A stretch of 19,804 nucleotides of DNA, taken from the NCBI GenBank assembly GCA_043821645.1, contig JBDRCO010000058.1, positions 1 through 19,804 of the forward strand. Direction: 5' to 3'. The stretch comes from Pseudomonadota bacterium. GTDB taxonomy: Bacteria > Myxococcota > JACRCW01 > JAFGSX01. Both the position numbers and the translations under genes were made by a program. The notes beneath the pieces are model-generated. The model had not been told where the DNA came from. It saw nothing but the letters and a program-made list of their open reading frames with translations, and ran no database searches. Below, piece after piece: positions 1 through 12,900 of this stretch (its first letter is position 1; every line of letters begins with the position of its first letter).

Positions 1-263
1 GGGGCGACCTGGTGTGCGATGCTCAGGAGCCTCTCGAACTTGGAGTACGGATTTTCATAGAAGACAAGGGTATCCACGTCGGCGGCATCGATACCTGCCG
101 TTTCGAGACAGAACTCGACGGCACGTGCCGGAAAGGAAGCATCGCCCTTGAGCCGCGAGAACCTCTCTTCCTGGGCTGCGGCAACGATCTCGCCGGCGCA
201 AAGCAGTGCAGCGGCCGAGTCATGGTAGTACGCCGAGATCCCGAGCGTGTAGTGGCGGATCAT
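1..263 (-). CDS. Carbamoyltransferase, NodU/CmcH family (N-terminal 87 codons; runs off the left edge)
   Basis: Not in the ORF track. Manual translation from ATG at 263 gives MIRHYTLGISAYYHDSAAALLCAGEIVAAAQEERFSRLKGDASFPARAVEFCLETAGIDAADVDTLVFYENPYSKFERLL..., containing the LGISAxYHDSAAAL and AAAQEERFxRxK signatures. Its start overlaps the upstream stop (ATGA, 260-263). Confidence 0.93.
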   Translation of the reverse strand, partial: MIRHYTLGISAYYHDSAAALLCAGEIVAAAQEERFSRLKGDASFPARAVEFCLETAGIDAADVDTLVFYENPYSKFERLLSIAHQVA

Positions 264-2164
264 GGACGCACCGCCTGCGGTGCATACTCGATGTCGAGCT
301 TGAACTCCACACACTCAAGCCTGTAGCGGTGGACCGCCAAGCGGGGATCGCTGCCATCGGTCGACGAGAAAGTCAGCGTCCGATCGCGCAGCGCATAGCG
401 ACCAGCTCCGCCGTCTGCGATGCGCATCTGTTTTTCCTGCCCCTGCCACAGCCAGGTGCTGTCCTCGCGGAGCGCGAAGTGCTGGGTTTCCACGACGTCA
501 TCGAACTCAACGGTGTAAGCGTGACCGGCGACGTGCTGGATCTGGTTCGGATCCACCTCCAGCACTCTGGTGCCGGCGACCTGCGGGTCGAGCCGTGGCA
601 CGACCCGGAGGGTATTAATGGCATTCGCCAGGGAAGGTTCCTCCAGGGACCAGGAGAGATCGGGTCCTGCTCGTCGGGTGGCCCGGTGGACGACCCTATG
701 ATCGACGCCCGCAGCGTCTGTCGCCGTGAAGTAGAGCTCGGCCGACGACAGCTGCGCGCCGGACAGACGGACAGATTTGATGGCCACCGGGCGCTCGAAG
801 TGCAGGGACAAGAAAGGCGCTCCCAGCTCCAGGGATGGGAGATGGTCGACATCCCCGGGTGCAAAATGCAGCCACCAGGTCCCCGGGCCCTCCTGCCGGG
901 GAGCCACATCGACGGGAACCCAGTCGTTGATCTTCGGCACCAGGTCGGTAGGAATCTCGGTTCTCGGACCGAGGACTTCGCGGAACTCGCCCTCGAGAAT
1001 GTCAGCGGCCTGCTGGGCATAGAAATGCGTGGCCACTGGCCCAGGATGCCCGTTGGCTGGGTTGGCACCCCAGGCCAGCGGGTTGGGGCCAAGGTCGTAC
1101 ACCTCAGAAAAGCGGTCGCTGATGTCATGGTAGGGAAGCCTGGCTGCACGGAAAGCCTCGTCCACTGCACCGAATCGAGCCTGGTTGTGCTCGCGGTCAG
1201 GGGTCGTGGGCAGCGTCATGAAAAAGGCGGGAACGGCATGGGCGTCCAGCTGCTTTCGAAACTCGTGGAGCATGAGGCGATAGCGTTCGAAGTTCTCGCC
1301 CTCGAGTATCTTGAGAGTCCAAAGGTCGTAGGGGTAGCCGTCGGTTGGTGTTCCCTCATCAAAAAGCTTGCGGGTCACCCGTGCTCGCACCAGCGCGGTC
1401 GCGCGGGGTGCTATCCAGGACAAGGGCTCTAGCACTACCTGAACACCCCGTAGGCGCGGGTGAGTAGGTGGAATCCCTGTGAGGAACAATACGTTCCATT
1501 GCTGGAGGACCAGCGCCTGCTTGTCCTCGCCGACCATGATGGGATCGTTCTCGACGTAGCCGATCAGGATCAGATCGGGCAGGAGTTCCCGGACCTCGCC
1601 CCGGCGCAGCCACTCGAGCTGGTCTTGTGTGGCCATGCCCTCATGGCCCATGGCCACGACATCCACGGACCAGTACCCACGATGCTCGAGTTCGCGCTGC
1701 AACTGCCTCCACCAGAGGTTGTTGGCATTGAGATAGCCGCCAGCTTCTACGAAGGAATCGCCGAGGACAACGATGCGCTTGCGGTTACTCTTGGCCCCTG
1801 GTGCCGGGATGCCTGTCAGACACAACACCGAGCTACCGTTTGGCGTACAGAGCTTCAGGTGCTCGTTGCGCCGGATGACCCTATCCTCGCGGTACCAGTC
1901 CGCGGAATCCCAGCGCGCGAGCTGTGCGAGCCAGCCTTTGTCCAGGCTGGGAGCCGAGGAGACGCGTGCCCCAGCCATGAGCACAAGCTCAAACCCAACG
2001 AGGGTGGCCGTCAGGCACAGGACCGCGCCCAGCAGAAACAGCAGTGACCGCAGCGGGAACAGGGGGATTCCCACACCGCGCACTCGGATCCAGAACAATG
2101 CGGGCGTGAATCTCCCTGGCGGTGCTGGAGCAGCGGGGGCTGGGACTGGCAGAGTCTGCCTCAC
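260..2164 (-). CDS. Membrane-anchored SGNH/GDSL hydrolase-family protein with a C-terminal beta-rich extension
   Basis: 634-aa ORF with a hydrophobic N-terminal helix (LLFLLGAVLCLTATLVGFELVL). SGNH blocks: I IVVLGDSF, II AMGHEGMAT, III LILIGYVENDP, V ANGHPG. The GTG start at 2164 is uncertain. Confidence 0.8.
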   Translation of the reverse strand: MRQTLPVPAPAAPAPPGRFTPALFWIRVRGVGIPLFPLRSLLFLLGAVLCLTATLVGFELVLMAGARVSSAPSLDKGWLAQLARWDSADWYREDRVIRRNEHLKLCTPNGSSVLCLTGIPAPGAKSNRKRIVVLGDSFVEAGGYLNANNLWWRQLQRELEHRGYWSVDVVAMGHEGMATQDQLEWLRRGEVRELLPDLILIGYVENDPIMVGEDKQALVLQQWNVLFLTGIPPTHPRLRGVQVVLEPLSWIAPRATALVRARVTRKLFDEGTPTDGYPYDLWTLKILEGENFERYRLMLHEFRKQLDAHAVPAFFMTLPTTPDREHNQARFGAVDEAFRAARLPYHDISDRFSEVYDLGPNPLAWGANPANGHPGPVATHFYAQQAADILEGEFREVLGPRTEIPTDLVPKINDWVPVDVAPRQEGPGTWWLHFAPGDVDHLPSLELGAPFLSLHFERPVAIKSVRLSGAQLSSAELYFTATDAAGVDHRVVHRATRRAGPDLSWSLEEPSLANAINTLRVVPRLDPQVAGTRVLEVDPNQIQHVAGHAYTVEFDDVVETQHFALREDSTWLWQGQEKQMRIADGGAGRYALRDRTLTFSSTDGSDPRLAVHRYRLECVEFKLDIEYAPQAVRP

Positions 2165-2195
2165 CTCGTCGAACGTCGACTGTGCTTGGCAAGAA

Positions 2196-3275
<1,080 letters not shown>

Positions 3276-3310
3276 GAGAGGCACTCCTGGAATGGCGTGT
3301 CGTCGCCGGT

Positions 3311-6201
<2,891 letters not shown>

Positions 6202-6219
6202 AGGCGCCTCATCTTTTTA

Positions 6220-6278
6220 CGGCCGCCCCCATCTGCGGGGGAGGCAGCGGCCGCGCGGCCGCCAAGGGGGCGAAGCCC
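6220..6278. other. GC-rich inverted-repeat cluster in the nuoC-nuoD spacer
   Basis: CGGCCGC (6220-6226) can pair with GCGGCCG (6247-6253) around an inner CCCC/GGGG stem. Also a perfect 16-bp palindrome GCGGCCGCGCGGCCGC (6247-6262) and a mini-hairpin GGGC-GAA-GCCC (6268-6278). No U-tract follows on either strand. Confidence 0.5.
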
Positions 6279-6282
6279 GACG

Positions 6283-6774
6283 TCACGCGTCCGGGTTCTT
6301 CATGGGCATCAGGGGCTGCCGCTTGCGAATGGGATAGTCCTTGCGCAGTGGATGGCCCTCGAACTCCTCGTACATCAGCAGGCGCTTGAGGTTGGGGTGG
6401 CCCTCGAAACGGATCCCGTACATGTCCCACACCTCGCGCTCGGGCCAGTCGGCGCTCTCGTAGACCCGGCACACCGAGTCCACGGTCAGATCCTTCTCGT
6501 CGAGCGGCACCTTGATCCGCAGCCGCCAGCCGCGGGCCAGGGAGAGCAGGTGGTAGACCACCTCGAAGCGGGGGGTCTGCAGGCCGAGGTTGTCGACTGC
6601 GGTGACGTCCACCAGCATGTTCAGCTCGGTGTCCGTGCTGTCGCGCAGCCAGGTCATCATCTCGACGATGCGATCGCGCTTGACCACGGCCGTCTCGTCG
6701 CCCCGATGGTCGTGGGTCGACAGGATCTCGTCCGGGAAGCGCTTGATGAAGGCCTCGAGCAGTGTCTTGGACAT
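6283..6774 (-). CDS. nuoC: NADH-quinone oxidoreductase subunit C
   Basis: Motifs DVTAVD, RFEVVYHLLS, ADWPEREVWDMYGIRFEGHPNLKRLLMYEEFEGHPLRKDYP; SD-like GGGAGAGG upstream of the ATG. Confidence 0.96.
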   Translation of the reverse strand: MSKTLLEAFIKRFPDEILSTHDHRGDETAVVKRDRIVEMMTWLRDSTDTELNMLVDVTAVDNLGLQTPRFEVVYHLLSLARGWRLRIKVPLDEKDLTVDSVCRVYESADWPEREVWDMYGIRFEGHPNLKRLLMYEEFEGHPLRKDYPIRKRQPLMPMKNPDA

Positions 6775-6780
6775 GAGCCT

Positions 6781-6799
6781 CTCCCAACCTTATTGGGAG
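6781..6799 (-). promoter_or_regulatory. Hairpin overlapping the nuoC ribosome-binding site
   Basis: The minus strand reads CTCCCAA-TAAGG-TTGGGAG-AGGCTC-ATG: a perfect 7-bp stem whose 3' arm contains GGGAG. Confidence 0.45.
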
Positions 6800-6802
6800 C
6801 GG

Positions 6803-6831
6803 TTTCTACCGTGCCCGACGCGGCGCGGCAA
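6803..6831 (-). promoter_or_regulatory. Possible sigma70-type promoter for nuoCDGH
   Basis: Minus-strand TTGCCG-N17-TAGAAA ending 28 nt upstream of the nuoC ATG. The -10 element lacks the conserved final T. Confidence 0.3.
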
Positions 6832-6912
6832 GGGCTGTTTGGCGACGGGCGCACGTCCCGCACAGGCGGTCCCGGGGCTCGTTGCCCAGCGTGCGCCAGA
6901 CCCGGTTAACGA

Positions 6913-9900
6913 TCACTCCAGGGGTACGGCCTTGCCATCCCACAGCACGCTCAGGGGATAGGCTGGCGTGGTGTCGAGCTCGTAGCCGATGACCAGCTTG
7001 TCGGTGTTGACGACAGAGAACACCGGACGGTTGCCAAAGCTCTCGCGAAGCTCGGGGCTGCGCAGCACGGGCGCGATGTGCCATCCCTCGCGCGTGTGGC
7101 AGTTCTGCTGGCAGGTGGCCAGGCGCATCTCATTGAGCGTCGAGTAGAGCACCGTCAGCGTGTTGCCAGCGACCAGGGGTTGCACGATCAGCCCCTTGTC
7201 GTGCGTGACGATGTCGAGTCGCACGCGGGCCCAGGTCTCCGGGTCGTAGCAGGTGTACGAGGAGCTGTAGCACACGGCCACCCACAGGTAGCCCTCGTGT
7301 ACAGAGGTGAGAAACTGCAGCGCTGGGTTGGCCGAGGCGGCGATCTTGACGGAGTAGGGCGTCGGTGCCGTCGCCGGCGTATCGAAGACATTGCTCGTGT
7401 AGGAGGCCCAGTCTGCTGTGGCATCGCACGCGGTGCTGTTACGGCAGTGCCGGTAGTTCACGTCCAGCGCAAGCTCACGAACGACCGAGAATCCGCTCGC
7501 CGTGGCCACGAGATCAAAGCCCGTGTACGCCGCGGCATCGTCGATGACGACATTCTGAGTCCAGCTGCCAGTCAGGCTGCAGTTGCTTGCATCCAGACAG
7601 AAGTGCCCGCGCAGACCGCCTGCCGAGTTGCGAGTCACCATCATCACCCGGGCGTTGCCCCAGGCGAGGGCTGGCCACATGCCCGTGTTGAGAGTCAGTG
7701 CCGTGCTCCACTCCGAGGCGATGTCACAACCCGTGGAGGCCTGGCAGTAGGTGATGAAGGTCTGGTACCCGTTGGATGCCTCGGCAACGAACACGCGGTT
7801 GTCGGTGGCCAGCAGGGTGACACCGAACCTGTCCCCCTGCATGACGGCAAACGGCGTCGACCAGTTGGAGGTCTGCGCGCAATCCTTGGTGGTGAAGGCG
7901 CAGGTGGTCAGCAGTGTCTGAAAGGGCGAGTTCCGGCTTTTGTAGGCCGCGAAGAGCGTGCTGGAGTTGGCCGCGACGGTGTAGCCATTGCACTGGGAAC
8001 CGCCGGTTCCGCACGTTGCCGTGAACGAGGCCGTGTCCGCCACCGCCTCGACCTTCTTGAAGGGCTGCACCTGGACGGCGCGGGAATCGTCACTGACCTC
8101 GCCGTCAACCATCGCGCGCAGAGCTGCGACCTGGAGAGCACCTGGCGTCGAGCTGATCTGGGCGCGTTCGATCAGGGGATCGGGCAGCAGCAGGGTGTTG
8201 AGCCATGAAGGAGGTCCGTCGACGTCATGGACCAGGTGGTAGCCGTCCAGGTAGCTGAGACCTGTCCAGGCCGCCCTGAACTCACCGGCTGCCGGTGCCA
8301 TGGCAACATCCGTGGGCACGGCCACGCGCGCCATCTGCAGCCGCACATAACCGCTGTCCTCGCGATAGGCCACCAGGGGGTTGTGCCCTTGCCAGGCAAT
8401 GTCGGGCTCGTTGGTGAGAAGGACATTGTCGTCGAGCGGGAAGGTGGTCCACTGGTCAGGGCTGAGACAGTCGGTCGTGTCGGGACTCAGGCAGTAGCCG
8501 TAGTTCACCCTGCCCTCGTCGCCATTCCACCACGTACCATGCAGCGCGGTGTCGGCGTAGGCCATGTGCAGCGAGGGGACCGTGTTGTACTCGGAGCCCG
8601 GATTGATGAACTCTCCCAGGGTCCAATCTGTGGCCGAGTTGCAGGCCGACGAGATGTTGCAACGGGCGAGGCGAATGCGATAGCTGCCGGTCGTGCTGTA
8701 CCAGGAGAGGTACAGGCGCTGGGGCGTCACCACGAGCTGTGGCCGGTACTCGGACTGGCCGGAAACCGCAGCATTGAGGGTGTAATAATTGTACTCCGTG
8801 GTGGCGTCGCACTGGGTTCCCAGGGAACAGGTCGCGACTGCCACATCGTACAGGGTCGTGCCGGTCCTGTAGGCCACCCAGATGCGCTTTCCATCGCTAC
8901 CTGTCGAGGGAGTTCCCCCCACCCAGGGCATGGCCTGCGGAGCAGAAGTGAGGTGAGGCTTGTCCCAGTTCGCCCCCGCGTCGCAGCGCTTGGACATGGG
9001 GCAGGACGCGACCACAGGGTAGTAGGGCGAGCCAGATTGCTTGAAGTAGGTCAGGACAACGCGGGAACCGGTCGACACCAGGTCCACGAACTGGTGATGG
9101 ATCGTGTCTCCTGTGTCTACCGTCACGGGAGCCCAGTCCGACCCGTCGAGGCAGGTGTTGTCCACGAAGCACATCCGAACCACCAGGGCCCGGGTGCCCG
9201 CGCTGGTGCTCAGCGTTGCCAGGTATATTCGACCGCCCGCCTCGACGATGGGGACGCGCAGGGGCGCCGTCGTCCCCGTGTCGAAGACGTTGAGCGTGTC
9301 GCCCCCGACGCGGTTCCAGTTCGCCGCAAGCCGACAATCCACCACTCTCGGGTCGCACATGTAGACCTCGAGGGTGACGTTGCCGACGGGTGGGATGCGA
9401 TAGCCAGTGAGCCAGAGCCGGCCTCCTGCGGTGCTCAAAGCCGGCGAGGCAAAGCTGTTGTTGGCAAAGGTCCGCCAGTGCTCGGGCTCGCCCAGTCGAA
9501 CGGGCGTGAACCCAAGCACGGCCTGCCGGACCGCTGACCAGGGGCCCGGGAGACTCGCTCGGTCGACGGCCCGTACTCTGAAGTAGTACGGGATGCGATT
9601 GTCGAGGCCAGTGATCTCGGCGCTGCTGAACAGGCCCGTGTCGAGCGTCTGGGCAAGCGCGCCCGAGAAGTCCGGCGTCGGTGAATGATTGAGCTCGTAG
9701 TGGTCGACGTCGGAGCCGACATCCGTGACCACGCTCCAGCTCGCCGTGACCTGTCGACTGCCGGTGACGAGCTGCAGGTCCACGATCTGCGGTGGATTGG
9801 TGAGGTCCAGCAGCACCGTGTCACTCGCTCCACCGATGATGCGCCCGGCACCGTCCTGCACGCAGGCCACGACGCGCCGGGATCCCTCACTCGCATTCAG

Positions 9901-12900
9901 CGTCCACACGAAGTCGCGCACGCAGGTTGTGCCAGTGCACCCTGTGAAGTCTCGCGAGTAGCTGGCGGCGGCGCACAGCATCAGTTCGTTGCCCAGCGCC
10001 AGCTTGAGACCGGAGCCCGTCGACAGGCTGTCGCCAGCGGTCACGCGCACGGTGACGTCGGGGCTCGACGTGTACTCTCCGCCAAGGATCTCGACGGAGA
10101 CCAGGGTGGGCGGCGCGTTGTCGAGCGTGACGCAGACTGTGGCCGCATCAATGGTCCGGCCCATGGCGTCGCGCACGCGCAGGCCCAGGGTCTTTTGCCC
10201 CTCGTCCGAGCTGAGCAGGTGGCTGACCGAGAAGGGCCCTGCCCCGCTCCCGGGCCACGGGCTCCATCCCACGGCTCCGAAATTGCTGCCCTCGGCAAGC
10301 TTGTAGTCCGTGATGCCCAGGTCGTCGCTGGCCTGCAGGGTCACGGTCACACCTGTCGAGGTGACCCAGTTCGAGCCGCCCACCAGACAGTTTCCAGAGA
10401 AGCCCCCGATAGTGAAGCTGGCGGCGCTGGGCGCGACCAGATCCACCTGAATGTCGTCGCTCACGGGACCCACCTCGTTGCCTGCAGCGTCCCGGAACCA
10501 GGCGTAGACGGTACGCGTGCCCGCTCCAGCTGTCAGAGCCCAGCTGTTCTTCACGTCGGCAAAGGCCTCCCAGGTCGAGCAGCTTGAGGTGTTGGAGAGA
10601 CACATCTGGCTGAGGCCGCTGGTAGCGTCACTGGCAGCCAAGGTGAGGCTGTGGTTGCTCGATGTGCCTGTCACCACCGCGTCTTCGTCAATGAGGACAC
10701 GCGCACTGGCCGGAGCCCGGGTGTCGAGCACGATGCTGGCGTCGGCCTGAGTCTGATTGCCCGCAAGGTCCTGCACCAGCACATATACACGCTTGCTACC
10801 GTCGACGGCGATCGCGGGCAGCGTCCAGCCCGTGACATCGCCGAGGTTGCGCCAGGATGCGGCAGTGAAGGCAGCATCATTGGCCACCTTGAGCAGGTTG
10901 GTCACCGGCGACAGACCCGATCCTGCGTCGCTGGCCGTGACGCGCACGAAGACGGAGGGAATGCGGCTGAACTGGTTGCTGGGTGCACCACCGGCTACCT
11001 GGCCCTCGAGCACGATGGAGAGGGACGGCGCCATGGTGTCGAGGCGCAGGGTGTTGGAGGGCACTCCCGTCGAGACATTGCCCGCCGCATCGCGGACCCG
11101 GAGATACAGGGTCTTGTCGCCCTCACCCGTCGACAGCACCACCGGCAGGTCGGTGTTGCACGACGAGGACAGCGGGCACTCCTGCCACACCGCGCCGATG
11201 AAACTGGAGCTCTCGGAGAGCTGAAAATGCGTGAGCCCCGAGCCCTGGGCGCCGTCACCGAATCCCGCCGAGGTCGCCATGGCATAGCGGTCGCGGGTGC
11301 GGGCTGTGCTGGCGCCGTCTTTGTCGACGCCGGTGACCACCAGGCTGCCCGTGGTCGGCACGCCACCGGTCGGTGAGTCCACACGGATGGCGAGACTCCT
11401 GCTGGCGGGCAGGGACGCATTGCCCGCGGCGTCGAGCAGCTCGACCTGAACGTTCTTGAGGCCATCGCCAGGTGTCAGGGTGACAGCCAGCAGCGAGGCA
11501 AAGCCCTGCCAGCTGGTCGACGAGGACACGGCGCCGGTGACCCGGATCTGCGCAGCGTCACCGCCCTGGATGGACAGAGTCACGGCCTGCTGCGTGCTCA
11601 GCACCTCCCCCGCGACGCTGGTGCAGGTCGCGCAGCTCACACCGAGCAGTGACGGTCCTGTCCGGTCGAGGGTGATGCTGGCCGTCGACGCCAGGCTGTC
11701 ATTGCCGGCGGGGTCGCGGTAGGTCACCCGGAGCAGGTGCAGACCGTCCTGAGCGGGCAGCGTGAACGCCACCGCAGCAGTGGCAGGCGCACTCTGGACG
11801 GCCCCCGGCGCGCGGTCGCTCTCGAACCTGACCATGTCACCCGACGTCGCATTGGCGAGATCCAGGTTTATCTGGGGCAGGTTGGTGAAGGCTCCTTCCT
11901 GAACGGTGAAGATGGGAGCGGCCGGAGCCTGGGTATCGATCTGCACGCTGTCCTGCAGGCTGGGCTGACCCTGGGCCACGTTGCCGGCCAGGTCCTGCAG
12001 CGCCAGGTAGACCGTGCGAGTGCCCTGCCCCGGTTCGAAGGGCCAGTAGGTCCGGTCCGTGGTATTGACGGCCTGCCACACAGCTCCGGCGAAGTCGGAG
12101 CGAGAAGACAGACGCATCTCGCTGGCACCACTGGCACTCACCTGCAGGTAAGCGCCAGGCGTGTTGGTGATGGTCAGGTCCTGGCCACTGGCGTCGACGA
12201 TGGCCAGGCTGCCGGTGGGCGGCGTCACGTCATACAACACACAGTCCGAGGCCGCAGGCAGGGCCGACAGATTGCCCGCCACATCAACAAAGCGCGCGTA
12301 CAGACATTTGGTGCCCTCGTTGCCAGTGAAGACCTGCGGGAAGGGCGAGTGGAACGTCACGGGACTGGCATAGGTGCTGCCATCCGTGGACAGCTGCATG
12401 AGAGCCACGCCGTTGTCGTCGGTGCTCGCCACCACGGCTTCGACATTGAGGACGCGCACCGCGGCTGCGCCCCCAGCCAGCTCCACACTTCCCGTCGACG
12501 GCGGCACCCTGTCCAGGGTAATGGTGTCGCTCCGCAGATCAGACTCGAAGCCGCCCTGGGCAGGATCCTGGAACTGCACGTGGACTCTGTGCAGCGCATC
12601 GCTATCCGCCAGGGTGAAGGGGCAGCGCCAGGCTCCGCCACCCTGATTCTGGCAACCGGTGGCAGCGTCGGTGAACGCGCGATAGCTCGTGTCTGCAAAG
12701 GACGGGTCCTCGCTGGCCCGGTACTCCATGGCGCCCTCGAAGGACAGCAGCAGGTGCACCACCAGCGCGTTGGTGAAGTTGCCCTCGGTGATGGCCACCC
12801 CGCCCTGCAGGGTCACCAGGATCACGGGCGAGCCCTCGGTGGACACCTGGGTGACCTGCCCGGCCTGCACCTGCACACCCGTGCGCTGCTCGGTGCTGTG

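Noticed and set aside
6212-6253. Rho-independent terminator between nuoC and nuoD
   Set aside because: The T-run is on the wrong side: the mRNA strand has an A-run after the stem, and on the plus strand the T-run precedes it.
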